This document shows, piece by piece, positions 37,907 to 49,002 of a DNA stretch of 64,000 bases. The notes under the pieces are model-generated. The model ran no database searches. It was given only the letters and a program-made list of their open reading frames with translations, and was not told the DNA's origin. The stretch comes from Chiloscyllium plagiosum (lineage: Eukaryota): assembly GCF_004010195.1 (NCBI RefSeq), contig NC_057720.1:14582602-14646601 (forward strand), in the 5' to 3' direction. How positions within the stretch are numbered: the stretch's first letter is position 1; each line of letters starts with the position of its first letter. The position numbers were made by a program, and so were the translations under genes.

Positions 37907-39424
37907 TGTGGTTCTGTTCGCCGAGCTGGGAATTTGTGTTGCAGACGTTTCGTCCCCTGTCTAGATGACATCCTTGGTGCTCGGGAGCCTCCTGTGAAGC
38001 GCTTCTGTGTTGTTTCCTCCGGCATTTATAGTGGTTTGTCTCTGCCGCTTCCGGTTGTCAGTTCCAGCTGTCCACTGCAGTGGCCGGTACGTTGGGTCCA
38101 GGTCGATGTGTTTGTTGATAGAATCTGTGGATGAGTGCCATGCCTCTAGGAATTCCCTGGCTGTTCTCTATTTGGCTTGTCCTATAATAGTAGTGTTGTC
38201 CCAGTCAAACCCATGTTGCCTGTCATCTGCGCGATTTGCTACTAAGGATAGCTGGTCGTGTTGTTTCGTGGCTAGTTGGTGTTCATGGATGCAGACCGTT
38301 AACTGTCTTCTGGTTTGTCCTATGTAGTGTTTTGTGCAATCCTTACATGGAATTTTGTACACTACGTTGGTTTTGCTCATGCTGGGTATCGGGTCCTTTT
38401 GTCCTGGTGAGTTGTCTGAGAGTGGCTGTTGGTTTGTGTGCTGTTATGAGTCCTAGTAGTTGTAGTAGTCTGGCTGTCAGTTCAGAAATGTTCTTGATGT
38501 ATGGTGTTGTAGCATGTCCTCATTCCGTTGTCTTTCCCCTCGGCATCTGTTGATGAAAGTTGTCTGAGAGTGGCTGTTGGTTTGTGTGCTGTTATGAGTC
38601 CTAGTAGTTGTAGTAGTCTGGCTGTCAGTTCAGAAATGTTCTTGATGTATGGTGTTGTGGCATGTCCTCATTCCGTTGTCTTTCTCCTAGGCATCTGTTG
38701 ATGAAATTGCGGGGGTATCCGTTTTTGGCGAATACGTTGTAGATTGCGGTAAGACTGTTTGTTCTAATCTTTGCATTACTGCTTCTGCTGAGTCCAGAGA
38801 TGGGTGAGCCCATGGGTATGCCGTTGATTTGTTCGTATATTTGGATGTTGAATGTGAAGTGTGTTGTGAGGCACAGGTCCAGTAGTTTTTGCAGTCTTTG
38901 TTGATAGGTTCCCCGTCTTATTGTCTGTTCTGTATGTTCAACAGGCTGGCTATTGTTTCTCTGGCTAGGGTTTTGTCAATAGAGGTGAACAGTGCCATTA
39001 CATTGAATGAGACCATAGTTTCTTCCTTGTCTATGTGTATATATCTGATGACCAGCTATCCTCAGTAGCAAATCACACAGATGACAGGCAACATGAGTTC
39101 GACTACTATTATAGGACAAGCCAAACAGAACAGCCAGGGAATTCCTAGAGGCATAGAATCTGTGAATGAGTGCCATCAACAAACACATCGACCTGGACCC
39201 AATATACTGGCCACTGCAGCGGACAGCTGGAACTGACAACCGGAAGTGGCAGAAACAAACCACTATAAATGCCGGAGGAAACATCACAGATGTGCTTCAC
39301 AGGAGGCTCCCAAACGTTGAGGATGTCACCTAGACAGGGGATGAAACGTCTGCAACACAAATTCCTAGCTCGGCGAACAGAACCACAACAACGAGCACCC
39401 GAGCTACAAATCTTCTCACAAACT
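37907..39424. mobile_element. PLE family C (Poseidon/Penelope-like): minus arm 37907-39045 (RT to GIY-YIG to 3' end), plus arm 39046-39424
   Basis: NVVYKIPCKDCTKHYIGQT (GIY-YIG); MGSPISG and NGYPRNFI (RT); inverted arms; TSD ttatccat(t/g)ggt at 37895-37906 and 39425-39436. Confidence 0.9.
38411..38706. repeat. Tandem duplication, 2 x 148 bp
   Basis: 38411-38558 and 38559-38706 differ at about 3 positions. Confidence 0.9.
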
Positions 39425-39529
39425 TTATCCATGGGTCCCCACCTCCTCCTTTGTTCAATCCTATTCCTATTACTAACTAGCTGACTTCTGTTGGCTCCCA
39501 AACTACATGACTTTTGATTCTTTTCCCCT

Positions 39530-39780
39530 TCACAAGTCCACACCGACCTTGCTAAGAGTAACTCGTCCAGAGTCTCTTTCCCTCTGACTAATGCACCTAA
39601 CACTATGGGCAATTTAGCTTGGCCAATTCGCCTGACCTGCACATCTTTGAACTGTGGGAGGAAACCGGAGCACCCCAGAGGAAACCCAAACAGACACTAG
39701 GAGAATGTGCAAACTCCACACACAGTCGCCCGAGGCTGGAATCGAACCTGGGATCCTGATGCTGTGAGGCAGCAGTGCCC
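39530..39780 (-). mobile_element. HE1-type V-SINE, partial
   Basis: V-domain and B-box reverse complement. Confidence 0.8.
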
Positions 39781-39784
39781 AAAA

Positions 39785-40770
39785 AAAACCCTTGACATCC
39801 TACTTCCTTTCAAATTATCAGCCCATCTTCAACTCACTTTTCTTCTCAAGTATTTGAATGTTTCTGCCCCTCAAATCATTTCCTAGATTTTTTTTGTAAT
39901 TCTAATTGAAACCTTCCAATATTTCCACCACTCCCAATATATTAAAATGACTCAAAGTCCCAAATGGAATCCTGTGTGACTCTCCCCTCACTTGTCATTC
40001 TTTAGTCTGCAACCTTTGACACAATGATGCTCCACATAGGTGCTCCACAATCCTGTTTCAGTATTGTCCAAGTGAGAGGGACGATCAGTTTGTATTCAGT
40101 CTTACCTGTTGAATCATAGCCAGAGAATTGCCACCAATAGTTTCTCTTTCTGTTCCTGCGCAGTTGCCCTTTGGTGTCCGAAGGAATCTATCTTTTGGAG
40201 CCTTCCTGTTTCTCTGTACATGCTGCCCTTTGGCAATGTTTCCAAAGCACATCAATTACCATGTATATTGAGGTGACGTCCAGCTCAACCATCTCTCTTG
40301 TCCCAGTCTATTATTTCTAAATTGTCCTATAACCAATACTGTACGTCTTTGGTTATTACTACAAATTCCACTCCTTCACCACTGATGATATCTTCTCCCT
40401 GATAACAAGCTGAGACTGAACCATAATGTTGCTATTTCTGTGCCATAATTGATCCCAAAATCAGCTTTTGACCACAAATTTGCTTTTATCAAGAAGGCTT
40501 ACTTAAACATCACCCCACTCCGTCCCTTCCAGTTCCTCTGCTGCTGAAGTTCTCATCCATGTTTTTGTTACCTTTTATACTTCTTGCCGGCCTCCCAAAT
40601 TCTATCCTTTGAGCTTGACATACTTGCCTGTGTCCTAACCTGCACCAGATTTCAAATGCCCATCATGCTTGTGCTTTTTGACTTGTGTCGGCTCGTGGTT
40701 AAGTAATATCCATTTTTTAAAATCCATCTTTGCTCTGCCTCCTGTCTATTTCTCTTTTCCAGTCCTGAGA
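39785..40770 (+). mobile_element. Old L2-like LINE RT fragment
   Basis: Degenerate cttgac..aattatcagcccatctt, gcaacctttgacacaatgat and ggtgtccgaaggaatctatctttt motifs. Confidence 0.5.
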
Positions 40771-41820
40771 AAGCGTGTAGCCTAAGATGTGACACATTTG
40801 CTGCAGAGAATGTGGGAAATTGCTTGTTCAGAAGAATTGGGGATGCCTGTTCTTAGTGTCAGTGGATTGGTGTAAATAAGGTGATAATATTTGTTCACTT
40901 GTGGAATACGTGGCAGTAGTTCCTTCTCTCCATGGAGGCTGGAGGTGCGCATATTTCACAGTAGGATGTCGGATAGTTTATATTGAAGACACTTAATGAA
41001 ACTCATACTCCATAGGAAAAGAACTTGTAATTTAATAAGCTGAGTGGAATATACATAATAGAACAATCCTGATACATTTTCATTAATACTACACTGAGCA
41101 GATTTGAACTTATGAAGCTCAGTTCCCTCATCCTTGTCTGTGCTGGAATGTGAATGTCTCATTACCTTTACAGGCTAGGAAAAAGATGTTTGTGTGAGCG
41201 ACAGAGGTGAGCAAGAGAGGAAATATTCTTGTGTAAATTACATTCGTTGATTATAAAGGTTCAAGGGACACCAGAGAGAGAGAGAAGACGGAAGCTGGTG
41301 GAGAATTAACCCTTTATAGTCTGGTTTGAGTGAACACTGTCTTGACATGGATTGAATGTTTGTGTTGTTCCCGGGAGCTCGGGATTCGGGAATGTTATGA
41401 ACTTAATTTGCATTCTGGGAAACAAAGATTATTTTAAAAGGAAAAAACCATTTTGTCAGACAGTGATACTGAACATGTTAGCTGCGCAAGGTTACCTCAT
41501 GATCTTTTTACTAGTCTCTCATTATGATGTACGAGCCAAAGCAATTTGACCATTTGGCCTGGCTGGATCAAGATTTCCCACTTTGACGTGCGTGTAGCTT
41601 AATTAGTCAAGCGTACTCAGACCTGTCAATGAGTTTCTCTTCCTCTGCAAACTTTTTTGCCATTTTACTGCCGCTTATCTGATTAAGGACATATGGCGTT
41701 TTTGTAATTTTAATACCAAATTCTGTATAAAAGACAGTTTGTTTGCAGCAATAAGGAGAGTACTCTAAGAGAGCTCTTCGGGGTAAGAGCTGGCATGCTA
41801 CTCAGCAAATGGTTTTAGAA

Positions 41821-41946
41821 GGAGAAAGTGAGGACTGCAGATGCTGGAGATCAGAGCTTAAAATGTGTTGCTGGAAAAGCGCAGCAGGTCAGGCAGCATC
41901 AAAGGAACAGGAGAATCGACGTTTCGGGCATAAGCCCTTCTTCAGG
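41821..41946 (-). mobile_element. 126-bp PLE family A insertion: hammerhead plus 3' terminus
   Basis: Perfect TSD aatggttttagaa at 41808-41820 and 41947-41959. Confidence 0.9.
41918..41945 (-). ncRNA. Minimal hammerhead ribozyme motif, intact core
   Basis: Minus strand reads CUGAAGA-A-GGGC-UUAU-GCCC-GAAA-C-GUC. Confidence 0.75.
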
Positions 41947-42939
41947 AATGGTTTTAGAACCTTAGCTGAAGCCTAGCTTGTAGGTGTCTATGTTATAGTG
42001 TAACATTGATTCCATTGGTAAATCAAGGTAATAATTTAAACTAAACTGTCTGTAAAAGTCTTGTATTCCAGACTACCACAGAGTACGATCTGTGGGACAA
42101 ATTAAGAGAGGCTACAGGTAGAGTTCATCAGGGATTCCCTGAGCCATCTCGAATAGGTACTTCAACAATCCCACAAGCTATCTGTGTCCATCTGGTTAAT
42201 GAATAAAGCTGATTTAATCATTACAACATTAGATCTGAAACCACACCATCTTTCCTTAATACTACTTTGGCTAAACTTTTGATCAGCTTTCTTACCTCCT
42301 TCCATAACAAGATGTAATTTTGTTTTATTTCTTTCTTTGTGGAGCCCTTGGAATATTTTATTCAAGTACTATATAAAGTTGTTGTGAACAACCCCGGCTT
42401 TATAATTAGAAAATATTGATCCTTCTGTTTCCAACATTTAAAGATTTTTTTTTTGAATAGCTCAAGGAAACTTGGTAGAAGCCACTAACTAATTGTACTT
42501 GATCCAATCATATGTATCAGGGGTATGGGGTTGCCAAGGACCAGTGAGCAATAGTAACCACAAACCATTGATTGTTCCACAGACAAATGACGGTGCTCAA
42601 GATCAAAGGGTATGGTATCCTAAAGCAACAGTCCCTTTTGTTAGAAAAAGGATGAATAAGTAATTGTTAAAATACCAAATCATTGCCCCCTTTTCCGACT
42701 TGCCTTTATTTACATTGAGAAATACACATCTGAGTCAATGATCTATTTGATCACAAGCAAATGAGCTATCATGGAGATTTGAAAGCTATGTGCAGACAGT
42801 CACTTGCATACTGACCATTTTAGTATGACACCTTTTGAAAGACCTCTTATATTTTGTATTTCGTTAGTTCACCTTTTTCCTATGCCAAGATTTGAACTTC
42901 AGGCTGCTATTTTTCAGTCATTGAACATTTGCTGACCAG

Positions 42940-43268
42940 CTAATGGTGGTATTGCTGGACTTTTAATCTAGAGAGCCAGACAGCGTTTTGGGGACTAGGG
43001 ATCGAATCCCGCTATGGCAGATGTTGGCATTTGAATTCAATTTTTTAAAAGTATAAATCTGGAATTGAGTCTAATGATGGCCATGAGTCCATTGCTGATT
43101 GTCATAAAAACTAATCTGGTTCACTAATATCCTTTTAGGGAAGGAAACTGCCCCCTTACCTGATCTGGACTACATGTGACTCCACACCCGCAGCAATGTG
43201 GTTGACTCTTTACTGCCTTCTGGGCAATTGGGGATGGGCAGTAACTGCTGGCCTGGTTAATGACACCC
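42940..43268 (+). mobile_element. Deu-domain SINE (SacSINE1-like)
   Basis: tRNA-like head (ggatcgaatccc) followed by the Deu core. Confidence 0.72.
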
Positions 43269-43600
43269 ATAGAACATAAGGACGTTACAGCACAGTACGT
43301 GTCTTTCTGCTCTCCATGTTGTCCTGTGAAAATAATCTGCTGCTCATCTAACCTACACTGTTCCATTATTATCCATATGTATGTCCGTTGTCAATTTAAA
43401 TGCCCTTAACATCGGCAAGCCCACCACTTTTGCAGGCAGGCTGTTTCACACCTCTTTGAATGAAGAACTACTCCTAATGTCTGTCCTAAATCTATTACTC
43501 TTCAATTTAAAGCTATGTCCCCTCGTGTTAGCCTTCACCATCTGAGGAAAAAGGCTCCCTCTGTCCACCCTATCTAACCCTTTGATTATCTTATACCTCA
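43269..43600 (-). mobile_element. CR1 LINE 3' end
   Basis: Begins atagaacata; reverse complement of a CR1 tail. Confidence 0.7.
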
Positions 43601-44349
43601 TCCTATCAACGAATTTTTTAAAAATCTTTGCTTCTCTAGTTACTATTTAAATCTATGAAGTGAAATTCTGTGGAATAAAACAAGCTGATTTTGCAATTTG
43701 GAAGTACAGAAGATCAAGTGCTTAGTGATTTTGTGTGTGTGTGTGTGTACATATTATGGTTATTGATGGTTACGTGCACTTGAGTCATTGCCTTCATTTT
43801 GTTGTTTTGTAATCTGAGAATATAGGATTGCAAATACTTTGCCTGAGACAGGGTAAGCACCAGAGAATTGCAGCTTTTTACATTGTTCTTTTTGTGTTGT
43901 GCTTGTTGCTGCTTATACCATTTGAGTTAGTCAACAATCTTTTAAGCTGTGTAAGGATAGGATCTCAGACCACAACAGAGTCTTTCCCAAGCATATTGAT
44001 TTAATAGATGTATTTGGGTTCTGAAATAGGCAGGTCCAGTGTGGATCATTGAATGCTGTCATGGAGTTTAAATTCTTCAAAATTCATTTTGAGATGGATA
44101 TTATTAATGTGGGACACCCTGGAGAGTAGTTACGTTGCTCCTTTGCTGAAAGTGGCAGTATGTCCTTGCTCTTTTCATTAGGGTAGAAAAATACATTTTG
44201 CCAACCAGATTCCCTTAGAGTATCACACCAAAGGATGACATTGTGACAGTTGACTTTTATTTTAAGAAAAAAGTTATAGCAAAGTTACTATTTTGATGCC
44301 CATCACAATACATTTATGGAATTTCATATACAAGATCTTGTCATTTCAG

Positions 44350-44495
44350 ATTGTCCGCGAACCCCAGATACTCCCAACCCTGAGTCTACAAATAATAGCC
44401 GCATCGCTGCCTTGAAGAAGCAATTGGATATTGAGCTGAAAGTGAAGTTGGGAGCTGAGAATATGATTCAGATGTACTCAAATGGATCCTCCAAG
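44350..44495 (+). CDS. PKN2: PKN2 coding exon (probable exon 3), start of HR1b
   Basis: Acceptor tcatttcag|AT and donor AAG|gttggt. G from the previous exon plus AT gives D, then [48 protein letters not shown]. Phases join correctly. Confidence 0.95.
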
Positions 44496-45300
44496 GTTGG
44501 TTAATGTGCTAAAATACACCTGCAGGATTGTGCACAATAGGACTATCTATATTCAAACATAATCTATTTGAACTAAAACATGTCTATTTGCATGCTAATA
44601 TGTCTTGTTTGTTTTAAATTGAGCCTGAACTGAAGTTTGATGCTAGCCTTTCAACAAAATTATGGAAATTGAGCATTTTGTTTGGCTAATGTCAGCTTAT
44701 GCTGTATTCTGCAGTTCTTTTTCAAAAAACAACCTTTTGTATTAAGCAGTGTTTTTGCTACAGATCAAAAATAAATTTGGTAAAATTCTCTTGAGGGCAT
44801 TTTTAACTGATCTTACCAGCCTTGGTATATCCCAACAAGCTTATTTTCAGGTACCCATTCAACTGTGCAAGATCCCCAGATTGGTAGATCATGTTTGTAT
44901 GAGGGTTTAGTGCAGTACAAAAGCAGCTAAAGCACTTTCTATTGTATTGAAAACAGACTGGCATTAATACCTTCTCTAAGGGTTAAACTGGATGAGTTTC
45001 CCTATTATCAATCAAAACCCTAATGGGAACTCATGGTTGCAGGGTGCTCTTGTGAGGTTGGAGCTATAGTTGATGGGCTGAGGTGGTGTTAAGCAGCATT
45101 TCCCAACTTTTTTGTATTGTTACCCCATTTTAAGCTTTTGTGGAGTTGATGTTTGACAGCCGTGAGAATGCAGAATTTTTAAGTAACTGCTGCTTTTCAG
45201 GACAGAAGTTAGGCCTGAAAGGTCAGTCAGTTAAACTATGTCCACTATTTAACAAAGAAAGCAAAGATATAAAAGGACCCACAGTCATCAGTACAATTGC

Positions 45301-45398
45301 TCTGAGGAAGGATCACTCAAATCACAATGTTAACTCTGATTTCTCTCCACGCATGCTGCCAGACCTGATGACCTTTACCAGCAATTTTTGTTTTTGTT
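45301..45398 (+). mobile_element. PLE family B 3' end with decayed hammerhead
   Basis: tctgaggaaggatcactc..atgttaactctgatttctctccac..atgctgccagacctg; matches 47897-47995 in reverse. Confidence 0.6.
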
Positions 45399-46512
45399 CA
45401 CATTTGATAAGGTTCCGCATGGTAGACTGGTCAGTAAAGTTAGATCACATGTAATCCAGGACAAGCTATAAAATTGGATATAAAATTGACTTGATATTAG
45501 TAGACAGAAGGTGGTGAGAGTAGGTTGTTTCTCAGATTGGAGGCTTGTGACAGGCGGTGTTCTGCAGGGATCGGTGCTGATGTTTGTCATTTATATTAAT
45601 GATTTGGATGTGAATATAGGAGGCATGGTTAGTAAGTTTTCTGATGACACCCACATTGGTATAGTAGACTATAAAGAAGGTTTCCTCAGAATAAAATAGA
45701 ATCTTGATCAATTGGGCCAGTAGGCTGATGGGTGGCAGGTGGAGTCTAATATAGATAAATGCGAGGTGTTGCATTTTAGTCAGGTAAACCAGAGCCGGAC
45801 CAACACAGTTATGGTAGGACCCCAGGGAGTGTTGTCGAACAGAGACCTAAAGGATGCAGGTACATAGTTCCTTGAAAGTGGTATTCCAGGTGGACAAGGT
45901 GATAAAGACATTTGGAACTCTTGCCTTATTGCTGAGAGCATTTTGTATAGGAATTGGGACATACTGTTACAGCTCTACAGGGCATTGAGGCCACCCTTGG
46001 TGTTTTGTGTGTAGTTCTGGTTCCCTTGCTATAGAAAGAATATTATTAAATTGGAAAGGATTTACATGGGTGTAACTGGGAATGGAGAGTTTGAGCTATA
46101 AGGAGAAGCTGGATAGGCTGGGACATTTTTCCCTGGAGCGCAGGAGGTGGACAGTTAACTTTTTTTTTTGTAAAGAGGTTTTTAAAATCATGAGGGACAT
46201 AGATAAGGTGAATAGCCAAGGTTTTTCCCCTAGCTTCGGAGAGTTCAAAGCCAGAGGGCATAGTTGTACAGTGAGAAAAAGATTTGAAAGGGACCTGAGG
46301 GGCAATGTTTTCATGCAGTGGGTGAACTGCCAGAGAAAGTGGTAGATGCAGATACAGTTCCAACATTTGAAAGGTATTTGGCTAAGTACATAAATAGGAA
46401 AGATTTAGAGAGATATCGGCCAAATGCAGGCAAATAGGACCAGTGTTATTTGAGAAACCCGGTCGACATGGACTATTGCACTGAGTGGTCTGTTTCCTTG
46501 CTGTATGACTCT
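45399..46512 (+). mobile_element. CR1 LINE RT to 3' end
   Basis: GSVLMFVIYINDL..KFSDDT; tail gctgtatgactcta. Confidence 0.85.
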
Positions 46513-46514
46513 AG

Positions 46515-46609
46515 TTGGAGTTCCACGCAGATGATTGCCTGAGGGTGGAATCAAAGCCAGGTACCTGGCACTGAGGCAGCAGTGCTAACCACTGCGCCAC
46601 CATGCTACC
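46515..46609 (-). mobile_element. HE1 SINE head fragment
   Basis: gaggcagcagtgctaaccactgcgccaccatgctaccc. Confidence 0.7.
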
Positions 46610-46651
46610 CTTTTGTGCTCTCACCATTTGGGCAGACCAGCAAACTTTATA

Positions 46652-47293
46652 CTGGATCAGTGATGCTGGAAGAGCACAGCAGTTCAGGCAGCATCCAAGG
46701 AGCTTCAAAATCGACGTTTCGGGCAAAAGCCCTTGATCAGGAATAAAGGCAGTGAGCCTGAAGCGTGGAGAGATAAGCTAGGGGAGGGTGGGGGTGGGGA
46801 GAGAGTAGCATAGAGTACAATGGGTGAGTGGGGGAGGAGATGAAGGTGATAGGTCAGGGAGGAGAGGGTGGAGTGGATAGGTGGAAAAGGAGCTAGGCAG
46901 GTCGGACAAGTCATGGGGACACTGCTGAGCTGGAAGTTTGAAACTAGGATGAGGTGGGGGAAGAGGAAATGAAGCTGTTGAAGTCCACATTGATGCCCTG
47001 GGGTTGAAGTGTTCCGAGGCGGAAGATGAGGCGTTCTTCCTCCAGGCGTCTGGTGGTGAGGGAGCGGCGGTGAAGGAGGCCCAGGACCTCCATGTCCTCG
47101 GCAGAGTGGGAGGGGGAGTTGAAATGTTGGGCCACGGGGCGGTGTGGTTGATTGGTGCGGGTGTCTCGGAGATGTTCCCTAAAGCGCTCTGCTAGGAGGT
47201 GCCCAGTCTCCCCAATGTAGAGGAGACCGCATCTGGAGCAACGGATACAATAAATGATATTAGTGGATGTGCAGGTAAAACTTTGGATGTGGA
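46652..47293 (-). mobile_element. PLE family A, GIY-YIG domain and 3' UTR
   Basis: ORF 46944..47312 FTCTSTNIIYCIRCSRCGLLYIGETGHLLAERFREH...; TSD agcaaactttata at 46639-46651 and 47294-47306; hammerhead at 46713-46740 has CUGAUCA instead of CUGAUGA. Confidence 0.92.
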
Positions 47294-47339
47294 AGCAAAC
47301 TTTATATGTCATTGGTCCTGATCTTGCTTCAATTGACTC

Positions 47340-47850
47340 TCTTGCTTAGCGTAGTCTTGGGTCTGATGACCATTTAGACAGACATTTATTTTTGGTTCTG
47401 ATTTGGATGTTGTTCAGCAATTTTGCTGTAGGTAGAATTTTCAGAGTATGCACTCTTCTTGATATTGGCCTATGAGTTATCTTACTCACTTTAGGCCTAA
47501 TAGGACTCTCTTGCTGTCTCGAGTCTGCATACCAGCAGCAAATTGGCTTGCTGGCCCGGATCCTGAAGAAAATTTTAACAATTTGGTTGAGGCTTGGCTT
47601 TGTTTTGTGGGCCTTTGGTTTTGCTGTGGGCAAACCTGGAGTTGCTCTGTTCAGGATATGCCCTGAATGGTATTCCGCAAGCTCAGTTGGACTGGCAAGT
47701 CCCCTTCCATCAGGATACCTTGCAACTCATGCTCCAGTTGCTGCATTTTCCAACGATAAAACCAGTCGTAGTGCGTGGTTGAAGTCTAGTTGGGTTTCAG
47801 TTAGTAGGTGCTTTTGCATGGTTACACCATTAATCCCACTCTTGCCGCCA
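47340..47850 (-). mobile_element. Gypsy/Ty3 LTR retrotransposon gag fragment
   Basis: GINGVTMQKHLLTETQLDFNHALRLVLSLENAATGA resembles the GI.D..IQ+RLL.E..L.F..AL motif of Gypsy gag. Confidence 0.6.
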
Positions 47851-47896
47851 CTGAAATAACACTGAGGCGAGTATCCTGTCGCCAAGTCTTTGTTTA

Positions 47897-47995
47897 CAAC
47901 AAAAACAGACATTGCTGGAAAAGCTCACCAGGTCTGGCAGCATCTGTGGAGAGAAATCAGTTAATGTTTCAGGCCCAGTGACCCTTCCTCAGAAG
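47897..47995 (-). mobile_element. PLE family B 3' end with hammerhead motif
   Basis: Minus strand uu-CUGAGGA-A-GGGUC-ACUG-GGCCU-GAAA-C-AUU-aac (core 47963-47992). Confidence 0.7.
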
Positions 47996-48214
47996 TGTTT
48001 TTTTTTTATCCCAGCAGTTTCCAATTTCTAGCATCTGTTCTTTCGGTTTTTATCCATTATTTATACGTGGAAAGTCCTTGACTCTGGCACAGCCTTGTGG
48101 GAGTTAGCAACCAGTGTCAGAATCTCTGACACCTCTCTTTATCTATCAGCCAGGAATCGCTGATTGGGGGCTGTTAATCTGGTCCACTCTGGAAGCTCAT
48201 TCTGAGGTCCAGCT

Positions 48215-48840
48215 GGATATTGGTCAGAGTATTGAGTACAGGAGTTGGGACGTCATGTTGTGGCTGTACAGGATGTTGGTTAGGCCACTGTTGGAATATT
48301 GCGTGCAATTCTGGTCTCCTTCCTATTGGAAAGATGTTGTGAAACTTGAAAGGGTTCAGAAAAGATTTACAAGGATGTTGCCAAGGTTGGAGGATCTGAT
48401 CTACAGGGAGAGGTTGAATAAGCTAGGGCTGTTTTCCCTGGCGTGTCATAGGCTGAGGGGTGACCTTTTATAGAGGTTTATAAAATCGTGAGGGGGCATG
48501 GATAGGATAAATACACTTTTTTCTCTGGGGTGGGGGAGTCCAGAACTAGAGGGCGTAGGTTTAGGGTGAGAGGGGAAAGATATAAAAGAGACCTAAGAGG
48601 CAACTTTTTCACACAGGGTGGTACGCGTATGGAATGAGCTGCCAGAGGAAGTGGTGGAGGCTCGTAGGATTGCAACATTTAAAAGGCATCTGGATGGGTA
48701 TATGAATAGGAAGGATTTGGAGGGATATGGGTCAGGTGCTGGCAGTTGGGACTAGATTGGGTTGGGATATCTGGTCGGCATGGACGAGTTGGACCAAAGG
48801 GTCTGTTTCCATGCTGTATGTGTCTACAACTCTATGACCT
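48215..48840 (+). mobile_element. CR1 (HER1-like) LINE 3' fragment
   Basis: LVRPLLEYCVQFWSP motif in ORF 48114..48473; standard tail. Confidence 0.9.
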
Positions 48841-48939
48841 TGGTAAAAACAATGACTGCAGATGCTGGAAACCAGATTCTGGATCAGTGGTGCTGGAAGA
48901 GCACAGCAATTCAGGCAGCATCCGAGGACAGGCAAAATC

Positions 48940-48967
48940 GACGTTTCGGGCAAAAGCCCTTCATCAG
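48940..48967 (-). ncRNA. Minimal hammerhead ribozyme motif (left arm of palindrome)
   Basis: CUGAUGA-A-GGGC-UUUU-GCCC-GAAA-C-GUC on the minus strand. Confidence 0.75.
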
Positions 48968-48974
48968 GAAATTC

Positions 48975-49002
48975 CTGATGAAGGGCTTTTGCCCGAAACG
49001 TC
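48975..49002 (+). ncRNA. Minimal hammerhead ribozyme motif (right arm of palindrome)
   Basis: CUGAUGA-A-GGGC-UUUU-GCCC-GAAA-C-GUC. Confidence 0.75.
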
